Below are positions 1 to 9,390 of a stretch of 64,000 nucleotides of DNA, piece after piece. The notes beneath the pieces were generated by a model. It did not search any database. It saw only the letters and a program-made list of their open reading frames with translations, and was not told where the DNA came from. Both the position numbers and the translations under genes were made by a program. The first letter of the stretch is position 1. Each line of letters opens with the position of its first letter. Source of the DNA: Flavobacterium sp. (GTDB lineage: Bacteria; Pseudomonadota; Gammaproteobacteria; Pseudomonadales; Azotimanducaceae); contig JBLHIH010000001.1 in NCBI GenBank assembly GCA_047616645.1, positions 14,775 to 78,774 on the forward strand, in the 5' to 3' direction.

Positions 1-11
1 TAGGCACACAT

Positions 12-1553
12 ATGTCAGTATTACATTACGATTGGACGCAACAACAAAGCAGTATTCGGCCGAATAAGATTGCCATTACAAATCTTGATACAGGCGCTGA
101 ACTCAGTTATTCACAACTAGATCAAAGAGCGGAATACCTAGGTGCATGGCTTCAATCACAAGGCCTTACAAAAGGTGATCGGGTGGCTTTATTGATGCCG
201 AATATGGCTGAATTTTTTGAGATCCAGTTTGCTTGTTCCAAGATCGGCGCTATCTGTTTACCCTTAAACTGGAGGTTATCTGTTAAGGAGCTTGAATACA
301 TTCTTAAAGATTCGAGTCCTACAGTTTTAATTTATGAAGTTGCTTTTCAAGAGGCCGCGATTTCCCTTCTGAGTGAATGCGGCATTAATCACCAGCTAGA
401 AATCAATGGCACTGAAGATCTTGTTGCCTATGAAGGTGCAATCAATGAGGCGCTAAGTATAAAAGAAGTTGAGAGCCTGCAAAGTGATACTTCGATGATT
501 ATGTATACATCGGGTACAACAGGGCATCCAAAAGGCGCAATGATTACCCATGAGATGACATTCTATAATTGTGTGAATCTTGGTATCCCCTCAAAAATTA
601 GCAGTGACTCGATTCAATTAGTGGTCTTACCCCTATTTCACACTGGCGGTTTAAATTGTTATGCCAATCCTATTTTACATGCTGGTGGTTCACTATTGTT
701 AATGCGAGACTTTGATCCAGGTAGAGCGCTTTCAATACTAAGCGATTCAAAACTGGGCGTGACACATTTCTTTGCAGTACCCGCACCCTATCAATTTATG
801 ATGCAACATAAGGATTTTGAACAGAGCGATTTAAGTGGCATTACTGCCGCTGGAGTCGGTGGTGCGCCTTGCGCCTTAGCCATTTTAAAAGCCTGGGGAG
901 GTAAGGGAGTCCTTTTAATACAAGGATGGGGAATGACAGAAACAAGCCCAGGAGGGACAGGTCTTGATGCTGCGGATGCCTTACGCAAAGTTGGATCCGC
1001 TGGAAAAGCCTTGCACCATACGCAAATTAAAATTATTGACGAAAATGGCGACGAGATTAGCAATGGAGCCGTTGGAGAATTGTTAATCAAGGGCCCCAAC
1101 ATCACGCCAGGATATTGGAACAACCCGGAAGCAACAGCAAAAACATTTGTCGATGGTTGGTTGCTTACCGGTGATGCAGCAAAAATGGATGATGAAGGAT
1201 TCGTTTACATCGTAGACCGCTGGAAAGACATGTATATAACCGGTGGCGAGAATGTGTATCCTGCAGAAATCGAAAATATCATTTACGAATTACCACAAGT
1301 AGCGGAAGCTGCAATTATCGGCGTCCCCAGTGAAAGGTGGGGTGAGAGCGGCAAAGCGGTGATCGTAGTGAAACCAGGAGAGACACTAAGCCCTGATGAA
1401 GTGATTGCACATTGCCTAGCCAATTTGGCAAAGTTTAAGGTACCGCAATCCGTTGATTTTATTGACGCCCTGCCACGCAATGCGACTGGCAAGGTACTGA
1501 AGCGCGAGATTAGAGCGCGGTATGTTGATTCAGATGCTGCAGCGATTACCTAA
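12..1553 (+). CDS. AMP-dependent acyl-CoA synthetase/ligase (ANL superfamily, fatty-acid--CoA ligase-like)
   Basis: 513-aa ORF with the AMP-binding signature YTSGTTGHPKG. Also has the TGDAAKMDDEGFVYIVDRWKD hinge and the C-terminal PRNATGKVLKRE motif. Confidence 0.85.
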   Translation: MSVLHYDWTQQQSSIRPNKIAITNLDTGAELSYSQLDQRAEYLGAWLQSQGLTKGDRVALLMPNMAEFFEIQFACSKIGAICLPLNWRLSVKELEYILKDSSPTVLIYEVAFQEAAISLLSECGINHQLEINGTEDLVAYEGAINEALSIKEVESLQSDTSMIMYTSGTTGHPKGAMITHEMTFYNCVNLGIPSKISSDSIQLVVLPLFHTGGLNCYANPILHAGGSLLLMRDFDPGRALSILSDSKLGVTHFFAVPAPYQFMMQHKDFEQSDLSGITAAGVGGAPCALAILKAWGGKGVLLIQGWGMTETSPGGTGLDAADALRKVGSAGKALHHTQIKIIDENGDEISNGAVGELLIKGPNITPGYWNNPEATAKTFVDGWLLTGDAAKMDDEGFVYIVDRWKDMYITGGENVYPAEIENIIYELPQVAEAAIIGVPSERWGESGKAVIVVKPGETLSPDEVIAHCLANLAKFKVPQSVDFIDALPRNATGKVLKREIRARYVDSDAAAIT

Positions 1554-1571
1554 GCGCTGGGTATTTAAGCG

Positions 1572-2573
1572 CTATCCTGGTTCAGATTCTGCACCGATAT
1601 GAGCACGCAATAAGCCTTTGAATGCTTTTTTGGCATCGCTCTTACCTGTCACAACGGCATGTACTTCTTGCGCTATGGGCATTTCGATACCATGCTTGTT
1701 AGCGAGGGCGATCACCGCAGGTGCACTTTTGACACCTTCTGCGACCATAAACATACTTGCGATAATTTCATCGATTGATTTGCCCCTGCCAAGTTCAAAT
1801 CCAACTGTCCTATTACGACTTTGGGAACTTGTGCAGGTGGCAACTAAGTCGCCCATGCCAGTGAGTCCTGCAAAGGTTTGTGCTTCACCACCCATTGCTA
1901 CACCCAAGCGTGAGATTTCTGCCAGACCCCGAGTAATGACAGAGGAGCGCGTATTATCTCCGGCACCTTGGCCGTCTCCCATGCCTGCGGCGATGGCAAT
2001 AATGTTTTTTAGTACGCCGCCTAACTCACATCCGATAACATCATGATTGGTGTAAACACGAAATAAACCGCTATGAAATAGTTTTTGAAGCTCCTTTACG
2101 ATGACCTGATCTTCCATCGCCATGACGCTTGCTGCCGCGTATCCCGACATAATCTCGCGTGCCAAATTGGGTCCGGTTAATACGCCTCTTGGGTGGCCAG
2201 GTAGGATATCGTCGATGACTTCTGTCATGCGCATACTACTTGCGTGTTCCAAGCCTTTACTTAAACTGATGACAGGTACCCAAGGTCGAATGTACTTTTT
2301 GACTTCTTCAACCACACTGCGGAAATTTTGAGAAGGAATGCCGACGACGATGACGTCCTTATTAGAAACCGCTTGTTCTAAATCAACTGTCGCCTCTAGA
2401 CGAGGTGATAAATTAGCATCAGGAAGAAATTTACTGTTGGTATGATTCCTGTTAATTTCGTCGACAACATTAGCGTCTCGTGCCCATAATGTAATAGGAG
2501 CTTTTCTTGCCACTAACGATGCAACTGTTGTTCCCCAACTGCCGCCGCCTAATAGTCCGACTTGTAGTTCCAT
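1572..2573 (-). CDS. gpsA: NAD(P)H-dependent glycerol-3-phosphate dehydrogenase
   Basis: 333-aa ORF. N-terminal GGGSWGT Rossmann motif, NSKFLP, SLSKGLE and GGVLKNIIAIAAG blocks typical of GpsA. Confidence 0.9.
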   Translation of the reverse strand: MELQVGLLGGGSWGTTVASLVARKAPITLWARDANVVDEINRNHTNSKFLPDANLSPRLEATVDLEQAVSNKDVIVVGIPSQNFRSVVEEVKKYIRPWVPVISLSKGLEHASSMRMTEVIDDILPGHPRGVLTGPNLAREIMSGYAAASVMAMEDQVIVKELQKLFHSGLFRVYTNHDVIGCELGGVLKNIIAIAAGMGDGQGAGDNTRSSVITRGLAEISRLGVAMGGEAQTFAGLTGMGDLVATCTSSQSRNRTVGFELGRGKSIDEIIASMFMVAEGVKSAPAVIALANKHGIEMPIAQEVHAVVTGKSDAKKAFKGLLRAHIGAESEPG

Positions 2574-2622
2574 AAGTTCAACTCTGTTTTGTTTGTTTAT
2601 TCTTTTATATCTATTTTTTTGC

Positions 2623-3552
2623 TTATTCTTTTTTACTTATTTTATTTGCGGTCTGTAAAAGCCAAGTAATTAAGTTTTGAATAACTTCCTCTTTGTTAGT
2701 TTCATTTAGTGTTTCGTGGCGGCCGCCTTCATAAAAACAAGAATCTATTGTTAGATTATGGTTTTTCCATGCACTTATTAATCGTTCAATATTTGCCATA
2801 TCGTTATGTACTGGATCGGCGGTACCAGAGAACATATAGATCGGTAAATCGCTAGGAATCTCCTTAATATTGGCCTTGTCTTGCATGTATTTAACGCCAT
2901 CGAACATGCCACTTAGGGATGAGGGAAATGGCACAAAACCGCACATGGGGTCTGTTGCGTATTTTGCGACTTCTGATTCATCTCGGCAGAGCCATTCAAA
3001 CCCAGTGTCGCCCTCATTTTCAAAGTCCTTATTCGCCGATCCAAATATCAAAAAATTCAGTAAGTTACTTTCTTTTCTTGGACCTAGTCGCCAGTTTTCG
3101 AAACGGCATAACATTCGGCTAATCCAAACCAATGGCTTGGGACTAAACCCTGGGCTGCCTGACAAAACAAGTAGGTCTATGTGTTTGGCATAGAGCGTCA
3201 CAAAATGTTCACTTAACATGGACCCCATGCTGTGACCAAAGAGCACTACAGGTAGCCCTGGATTGCTTGCAATATTTTCTTGAATCATTTCTGACAAATC
3301 AGAAACCATCTTCTGCCAGCCGTTTTCTCCAAAGTCGCCGAGGACTTCTGCCGTTTTTCCGTGGCCTCTATGATCATTTGCGGTGACAAGAAACCCAGCT
3401 TCACTTAACTTTTGAGCCGTCCAATCATATCGAGCAGCATGCTCGCCCATACCATGGGAAATATGGACTATGGCTATAGGTGGTTTAGAGGGTGTCCAAC
3501 GGTAAGCATTTATTTGGGTTTGATCACTGCTTGTAAACGTATAACTTTCCAT
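2623..3552 (-). CDS. alpha/beta hydrolase, lysophospholipase/monoacylglycerol-lipase-like
   Basis: 309-aa ORF. HGMGEHAARY oxyanion region and GHSMGS nucleophile elbow. Its start abuts the stop of the upstream HAD gene. Confidence 0.7.
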   Translation of the reverse strand: MESYTFTSSDQTQINAYRWTPSKPPIAIVHISHGMGEHAARYDWTAQKLSEAGFLVTANDHRGHGKTAEVLGDFGENGWQKMVSDLSEMIQENIASNPGLPVVLFGHSMGSMLSEHFVTLYAKHIDLLVLSGSPGFSPKPLVWISRMLCRFENWRLGPRKESNLLNFLIFGSANKDFENEGDTGFEWLCRDESEVAKYATDPMCGFVPFPSSLSGMFDGVKYMQDKANIKEIPSDLPIYMFSGTADPVHNDMANIERLISAWKNHNLTIDSCFYEGGRHETLNETNKEEVIQNLITWLLQTANKISKKE

Positions 3553-4355
3553 TAAAGCTTGCCTGTCTTTAGTAATTTATCGATGGCAGTGGCGACGCCA
3601 TGATCAGTATTGTTTCCTGTTACATGAGTCGCGGCGACCTTAATGAAATCGGTAGCTTGACCCATTGCCACGGAGGCGCCACTGACTTTAAACATTTCGA
3701 TGTCGTTTTCTGCATCTCCAAAGGTGACAACAGTGTCAGGATCTATGTCCAGATGCTGGCAACAAGCTAATAATGCTTTGCCTTTATTGGCAGCGCTAGC
3801 GGTGATGGTAATGACTAATTTGCCATTAGGTCCTATCGAATCGTAGATATTAACTTCATTTTTATATTGTGGGCCCAGTACTTCTTTAATTTCCTTTACG
3901 ACACCAGAGCCTTGAATAGCGGCGATTCTTGGCTGTTTATGTTGTTCTGTATCAAGTTGTCTTGCCCACACCATTTCCTCTGGTAATAAGCTCATGTCGG
4001 GTTGACCATCTAATTTGAGAATGACATCTGTATCGATTGTCACAGTTGCAATGCATCGGCTCTGATTACACAGTGTGTAAAGCTCTTTTACAAAATTGTC
4101 GGGTAGTCGATGATCAAATATATCCTTTTTGTCCTTTGGCAGATAAACTTGAGCGCCGCTCGCTGCAATAATGGGTTTTTCTATATCGAGTTGTTTAGCG
4201 ATACCCTCTGCCATTTGTCGCCATCTTGCGGTGGCTATAATAATGTCGAGGCCAGCGTCTCGCGCTCTCTGAACTGCCTCTCGATTTTGTGAGCTTAAGT
4301 CCTCACCTACAAGTAATGTGCCGTCTAAATCGATTGCAAGTGCTTTGTAGCGCAT
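3552..4355 (-). CDS. Cof-type HAD-IIB family hydrolase (sugar-phosphate phosphatase-like)
   Basis: 267-aa ORF with HAD motif I IDLDGTLL and motif IV FGDAENDIEMF. The cap length is typical of the Cof subfamily. Confidence 0.75.
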   Translation of the reverse strand: MRYKALAIDLDGTLLVGEDLSSQNREAVQRARDAGLDIIIATARWRQMAEGIAKQLDIEKPIIAASGAQVYLPKDKKDIFDHRLPDNFVKELYTLCNQSRCIATVTIDTDVILKLDGQPDMSLLPEEMVWARQLDTEQHKQPRIAAIQGSGVVKEIKEVLGPQYKNEVNIYDSIGPNGKLVITITASAANKGKALLACCQHLDIDPDTVVTFGDAENDIEMFKVSGASVAMGQATDFIKVAATHVTGNNTDHGVATAIDKLLKTGKL

Positions 4356-4440
4356 TCCTTCATATTCCTAGTGGATATTTTTCCTTAACGCTATCATGAT
4401 CAACTTTAATTAAGCAATAATAAACCAGCGGGAACTACCC

Positions 4441-5475
4441 ATGCCGAATGAAGAATGGCTTGCTCAAATTCAAGAAGAAATAATCGAACCAAACTTAAAG
4501 ATTTGTGATCCTCATCATCACCTTTGGGACTATCCAACAAGTCGGTATTTATTGGACGATATAGTAGATGATGTAACATCCGGTCATAACGTTGTCAGTA
4601 CAGTTTTTATGGAGTGCGGCTCTGCGTATCGCGATTCGGGTCCCAAATCCGAAATACCGCTAGGCGAAACAGAATTTGTAACTAAAATTGCCAATAGTAT
4701 TGCCAATTCTATTGCCAATTCGTCAGAAAAAAGCCCAAGATCGAGTGTGAAAGTTTGTCAAGCAATGGTTGGATATGCTGACCTCACTTTGGGTTATTCA
4801 GTTAAGAGCGTTCTCGAATCACATGTTAAGGTAGCCGGAGGGCGTTTTAGGGGGATTCGGCACGCAAGCGGGTGGCATGAGAGTGAAGCGATAAGAAACG
4901 CTCATACCCATCCTGCAGAGCATCTGATGTTAGATGATAAGTTCCGAGAGGGGTTTTCTGTTCTGTCTGAACTTGGTTTAAGTTTTGATGCGTGGTTTTA
5001 CCATCAACAAATACCAGAATTCATAGACCTAGCGCGAGCCTTTCCCGAAACCACTATCATACTGGATCATTTTGGCGGGCCACTTGGCATTGGACCTTAT
5101 GCGGGAAAGTTAGATGATGTGTTTAGAGAATGGCAGGATCTTGTTGCGCCTTTGTCTGAACTGAACAATGTTTATTTCAAAATTGGTGGACTTAATATGC
5201 CTGTAAACGGCTTCGAATGGCATAAAGGAAAATTGCCTCCGAGTTCTGACGATATCGTTTCTAGAACTGCTCGATATTATGAGCATGTCATTGCCTTAGC
5301 GGGTTCAGAGAGATGTATGTTTGAGAGTAATTTCCCTGTGGACAAAGATTCTGTTTCCTATCATGTATTGTGGAATGCCTTTAAGAAAATGTCCGCCGGA
5401 TATTCCGACAAAGAGAAGGGGGATTTGTTCTATGATACCGCTGCAAAGGTATACCAACTTGGGGATACTCACTAA
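4441..5475 (+). CDS. amidohydrolase_2 (PF04909-like) family metal-dependent hydrolase, possibly a lactonase
   Basis: 344-aa ORF with the N-terminal CDPHHHLWDY metal-binding HxH motif and an ILDHFGGP block, as in the LigI/fuconolactonase-type family. Contains an in-frame IANS x3 repeat. Confidence 0.6.
   Translation: MPNEEWLAQIQEEIIEPNLKICDPHHHLWDYPTSRYLLDDIVDDVTSGHNVVSTVFMECGSAYRDSGPKSEIPLGETEFVTKIANSIANSIANSSEKSPRSSVKVCQAMVGYADLTLGYSVKSVLESHVKVAGGRFRGIRHASGWHESEAIRNAHTHPAEHLMLDDKFREGFSVLSELGLSFDAWFYHQQIPEFIDLARAFPETTIILDHFGGPLGIGPYAGKLDDVFREWQDLVAPLSELNNVYFKIGGLNMPVNGFEWHKGKLPPSSDDIVSRTARYYEHVIALAGSERCMFESNFPVDKDSVSYHVLWNAFKKMSAGYSDKEKGDLFYDTAAKVYQLGDTH
4687..4722 (+). repeat. in-frame 12-nt tandem repeat x3 (ATTGCCAATwsk; encodes IANS-IANS-IANS)
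   Basis: Read directly: attgccaatagt / attgccaattct / attgccaattcg. Confidence 0.9.
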
Positions 5476-6000
5476 ATGTTAAATAGAAGAGGGCTATTAA
5501 CAAGAATTGTTCAAGGCTTTGGCATCACTGGATTCGGCTTTCTAAGCTATCCATTTATAAAAGCGTGGATTCCCAAGTTTGAAAATGATCTTAGTCTGGA
5601 GGTTAGAATCGATGATTTGTTACCTGGGCAGTTAAAAACAGTTCACTGGTTAGGTCGTAATTTGTTTGTGCTTAGACGTACGCAAGCGGAACTTGGCATT
5701 TTAAATCAAGCTGATTCTGAACTAAAAGACCCTGATTCTATTGAATCAAAACAGCCGGTATTTGCACTTAACCAATTTAGGTCATTACGCCCCGAGATTT
5801 TTGTTGTCTATAACAATTGCACGCATTTAGGATGTGAAGTTAATCGCGAAAAAGCGAAATTTAAATGCCCATGCCATCAAAGTGACTACGATGGAGCAGG
5901 GCGAGTGGTTACGGAAGCGGTAGCCCCAACAAATCTTGAAGTCCCTGAATACCAATTTATCTCGGGAAATCGCATTAGGTTGATAGCCACTAAGGTCTAG
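5476..6000 (+). CDS. Rieske [2Fe-2S] protein, bc1/b6f-type, with N-terminal twin-arginine-like signal anchor
   Basis: 174-aa ORF with CTHLGC ... CPCHQS Rieske boxes, including the two extra Cys of high-potential Rieske proteins. N-terminal NRRGLL is followed by a hydrophobic helix. The ATG immediately follows the TAA of the upstream gene. Confidence 0.8.
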   Translation: MLNRRGLLTRIVQGFGITGFGFLSYPFIKAWIPKFENDLSLEVRIDDLLPGQLKTVHWLGRNLFVLRRTQAELGILNQADSELKDPDSIESKQPVFALNQFRSLRPEIFVVYNNCTHLGCEVNREKAKFKCPCHQSDYDGAGRVVTEAVAPTNLEVPEYQFISGNRIRLIATKV

Positions 6001-6003
6001 CAA

Positions 6004-6744
6004 ATGAACGCATCAAATAAAAAAGAAATTGCACTATTCGTTACTTGTTTGATTGATAACCTTAGGCCCGATCTCGGGTTTGATATCGTTAATGTAATCG
6101 AACAATCTGGTTACTCAGTGGTTGTTCCCGATACTCAATCTTGTTGCGGTCAGCCAAATTTTAATGGTGGTGACAGGTTAAACGCCAAAGTAACTGCCAG
6201 ATATATGATTGATGTATTCGAAAAATATGATTATACAGTAGTTGCGAGTGGATCTTGTGGGGGGATGATCAAACACCACTATGTTGATCTCTTCGATGAT
6301 GATCCTATTTATAAAGAAAAAGCACGACTATTAGCCGATAAAGTTTTTGAGCTTTCACAGTTCCTGACTGAGATAGCCGATTATCAACCTGGATTTATGA
6401 CGCGTAAACGAGTGACATATCATGATGCCTGCGCAGGGCTGCGAGAGCTAAGTGTTAAAACGCAACCGAGAAATTTACTTAAACAAGCAGGGGTAGACAT
6501 TCTTGAGATGGAGGAACCAGATGTTTGTTGCGGCTTTGGTGGTACCTTTTGTGTTAAATATCCAGAAATCTCCAACGAGATGGTTGAGAAAAAAGTGAAT
6601 GATGCCAAGCAAACCGGAGCTGAAGCATTGGTGACGGGCGACTTGGGTTGTTTGATGAATATGGAAGGTAAAATTAATCGACTGGGCCTCAATTTGCCGG
6701 TTTATCATTTTGCAGAATTATTAGCTAAGCCGGATAATGCATAA
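6004..6744 (+). CDS. lutA: lactate utilization protein A, (Fe-S)-binding CCG-domain oxidoreductase
   Basis: 246-aa ORF. IALFVTCLID ... QSCCGQP and DVCCGFGG CCG motifs typical of LutA/YkgE. Confidence 0.85.
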   Translation: MNASNKKEIALFVTCLIDNLRPDLGFDIVNVIEQSGYSVVVPDTQSCCGQPNFNGGDRLNAKVTARYMIDVFEKYDYTVVASGSCGGMIKHHYVDLFDDDPIYKEKARLLADKVFELSQFLTEIADYQPGFMTRKRVTYHDACAGLRELSVKTQPRNLLKQAGVDILEMEEPDVCCGFGGTFCVKYPEISNEMVEKKVNDAKQTGAEALVTGDLGCLMNMEGKINRLGLNLPVYHFAELLAKPDNA

Positions 6745-8195
6745 TGGAAGTGGACAGCAATAATTTTATTCCCCTTGTCAACGTGGCGCTGGAAAATACA
6801 AAGCTTAAAAAATCAATGAACTTACTTGGGAAGGGTTTGGCCAGTAAACGCGCCAAAGTCATTGCCGATTTGCCAGAATTTGATCACTTAAGGAACGAAG
6901 CAAGAGACATAAAGAACCATACAATAGCCCACCTTGATCTTTACTTGGAAAAGTTTGAGGAACAAGTTCTTTCTCGCGGAGGACATGTACATTGGGCGAG
7001 TAGTGATGATGAAGCTCGACAGATAGTGCTAGAGATATGCCAGGAGAATAAGGCCAAACGAATTACTAAAAGTAAGTCAATGGTGACCGAAGAAATTGAG
7101 CTTGTTCCTTTTCTAGAGAAGCACGGGCTTGAAGCAATAGAAACCGATCTAGGTGAATACATTATTCAACTAAGGGGTGAAAGGCCGAGTCATATTATCG
7201 CGCCGGCAGTGCATCTATCAAAAGATCAAGTCGCAGATACATTTTTTGATCACCATAGAAAACTTGGATTTAATGAAAAACTAAATGAGCGTTCTGATTT
7301 AGTAGGAGAAGCAAGACAGGTTTTAAGAGGAAAGTTTCTGAAGGCTGATGCCGGTATTTCAGGGGCCAATTTTCTAGTAGCCGAAACCGGCACAGTTGTA
7401 CTTGTCACGAATGAGGGTAATGCCGAGTTAACCACTGCAATTCCTGATACACATATCGTTGTTACTGGAATAGAAAAACTCGTTCCCACTTTAGAAGATA
7501 CTTCAACATTTATACGCCTCTTGGCACGTTCAGCAGTTGGTGCTGAAATATCGGCTTATACCTCTTTTATTACTGGACCACGACGGGAAGATGACTTGGA
7601 TGGCCCCGAGAACTTTCACGTCGTCTTAGTCGATAATGGTAGAAGCGATATGCTGGGGACTGAATTCCAAGATATGTTGAGATGCATTCGATGTTCAGCT
7701 TGTTTAAATCACTGCCCAGTTTACTTGTCGATAGGGGGACATGCTTATGGTTCTGTGTACAGTGGGCCGATGGGCGCTGTTTTAACACCGCAATTTTCAA
7801 GTGTAGCCGAAGCAGGGCAGTTACCCAATGCCTCTACTTTTTGTGGTCGTTGTGAAGAGGTCTGTCCTGTTCACATACCCTTACCTAAACTGATGCGTCA
7901 CTGGCGTGAGCGGGAATCAGCGGCTGGGCTCAATCCTATGTCAATGCGTTGGGGATTGAGAGCCTGGGCTTTTCTCAATCGTCATCCCTCAATGCAGCGT
8001 ATTGTTAGTAATATATCTGTCAAAATACTAAGCATGTTTGGCTGCAAAGAAAGCGGTTACATTCATAACTTACCGAGTTTTGCAGGGAACTGGACTAAGG
8101 GCAGAGATATGCGGACACCTCAATCATCGACTTTTATCTCACAGTGGAAAAAGGCAAATAGAAAAAAAGAGTACAAAAAAAGAGGAGGAGAGTAA
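6744..8195 (+). CDS. lutB: lactate utilization protein B, 4Fe-4S ferredoxin-type iron-sulfur protein
   Basis: 483-aa ORF. LUD domain plus CIRCSACLNHCP and CGRCEEVCP ferredoxin motifs. Start overlaps the lutA stop. Confidence 0.85.
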   Translation: MEVDSNNFIPLVNVALENTKLKKSMNLLGKGLASKRAKVIADLPEFDHLRNEARDIKNHTIAHLDLYLEKFEEQVLSRGGHVHWASSDDEARQIVLEICQENKAKRITKSKSMVTEEIELVPFLEKHGLEAIETDLGEYIIQLRGERPSHIIAPAVHLSKDQVADTFFDHHRKLGFNEKLNERSDLVGEARQVLRGKFLKADAGISGANFLVAETGTVVLVTNEGNAELTTAIPDTHIVVTGIEKLVPTLEDTSTFIRLLARSAVGAEISAYTSFITGPRREDDLDGPENFHVVLVDNGRSDMLGTEFQDMLRCIRCSACLNHCPVYLSIGGHAYGSVYSGPMGAVLTPQFSSVAEAGQLPNASTFCGRCEEVCPVHIPLPKLMRHWRERESAAGLNPMSMRWGLRAWAFLNRHPSMQRIVSNISVKILSMFGCKESGYIHNLPSFAGNWTKGRDMRTPQSSTFISQWKKANRKKEYKKRGGE

Positions 8196-8848
8196 TGTCG
8201 AGAGCAAAACTGTTAAACAAATTACGCGCTCAATTAAATGTATCTTCTGAGGATCTTACAAGACGACAGGCAGTAGAGAGTCGCTTGTCTCAACATCTTC
8301 CAAATACTATTCCCAAGCGTTGTCTTCAGCCTCATGAAGCACTTGTGGATTTGTTTCAAAGTAAAATTGAAGCTGCTAACGCAACAGTAAATAGGATTGG
8401 TAATTCTGAGTCTATTGTAGACGCAATTAGTGATTATCTTGGATCGGGGCACCATGATCTTTGCGTGAAAATCTCACATGGTTTTAGTGGACTGGATTTT
8501 TCAAACAATACTGATTTACAGATAAAATCCTGGTCTCCAAAAATGAGTCTGAATGTTTGCGTCAGTGATTGCTTTGGTGCCGTTGCAGAAACAGGTAGCC
8601 TAGTGGTTTCAAGTTCAAATACCATGCCACTAAGTTTTAACTTTTTGGGTGATGCTCACATTGTGCTGCTTCGTGCTGAACTAATCGTCGGGGCTTATGA
8701 AGATATCTGGAACAAAGTCCGTGAAAGTATTCCCCGAGATATCACTTTGGTATCTGGACCTTCCTGCACTGGCGATATTGAAATGATTATGGAATTGGGT
8801 GCTCATGGGCCTAAAAACCTACATATCATTATTATTGGCTGTGATTAG
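8195..8848 (+). CDS. lutC: lactate utilization protein C (LUD domain)
   Basis: 217-aa ORF of the length and position of LutC/YkgG. Overlaps the lutB stop (ATGTAA-type coupling). Confidence 0.7.
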   Translation: MSRAKLLNKLRAQLNVSSEDLTRRQAVESRLSQHLPNTIPKRCLQPHEALVDLFQSKIEAANATVNRIGNSESIVDAISDYLGSGHHDLCVKISHGFSGLDFSNNTDLQIKSWSPKMSLNVCVSDCFGAVAETGSLVVSSSNTMPLSFNFLGDAHIVLLRAELIVGAYEDIWNKVRESIPRDITLVSGPSCTGDIEMIMELGAHGPKNLHIIIIGCD

Positions 8849-9355
8849 ATGAAAAACTTAGCCATTATCTATCATAGTAAGGATGGGAGCACCGCGAAGA
8901 TGGCGGATGCTGTGTTTAAGGGGGCAAATCATCCAGACATTGATATCAGTGTGAGAATGTTATTAGCAAAAGATGCAGGCTTAGAGGATCTTCTTTGGGC
9001 GGATGGTGTGATATTTGGTACACCAGAAAATTTCGGGTATATGTCCGGTGCCTTGAAAGACTTTTTTGATCGAACCTATTATCCAGCTGAAGGGAAAATT
9101 GAGGGAATGCCTTATTGTGTATTCATTTGCGCGGGAAATGACGGTCAAGGTGCCTTGAGAAGTATAGAGAGAATCGTAAAAGGTTTTCCTTTAAAACAAA
9201 TCCAAGATCCATTAATTTCGAAAGGTGTATTGAGCTCTGGACCGAAATCTGCATCGAATCCTGAACCGATTTCTGGATCAAACACAGAGTTATTCGATGC
9301 TTGCGAAGAATTTGGTTTGTATATGGCCGCAGGAATTGAAGCAAGTATATTTTAA
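8849..9355 (+). CDS. flavodoxin-like fold protein (WrbA/NAD(P)H-dependent FMN reductase-like)
   Basis: 168-aa ORF. IIYHSKDGSTAKMA FMN-loop-like N-terminus and GVIFGTPENFGYMSGALKDFFD block. The ATG directly follows the lutC stop. Confidence 0.6.
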   Translation: MKNLAIIYHSKDGSTAKMADAVFKGANHPDIDISVRMLLAKDAGLEDLLWADGVIFGTPENFGYMSGALKDFFDRTYYPAEGKIEGMPYCVFICAGNDGQGALRSIERIVKGFPLKQIQDPLISKGVLSSGPKSASNPEPISGSNTELFDACEEFGLYMAAGIEASIF

Positions 9356-9390
9356 TGTGATGGATTCAGCTTCTACAGATAGGCGAAACC

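Noticed and set aside
1553-1573. Hairpin AGCGCT-9 nt-AGCGCT between the convergent acyl-CoA ligase and gpsA genes, as a possible bidirectional terminator.
   Set aside because: It has only a 6-bp stem and a large loop, has no flanking U/A tracts, and overlaps both stop codons. That is too weak to call.
1618-2046. 142-aa plus-strand ORF inside gpsA. Similar long antisense ORFs occur at 27379-27720, 38533-38916, 48520-48927 and 49536-49928.
   Set aside because: All lie fully within, and antisense to, strongly recognisable genes. They have low-complexity, Ser/Pro/Cys-rich translations and no motifs, so they are shadow ORFs.
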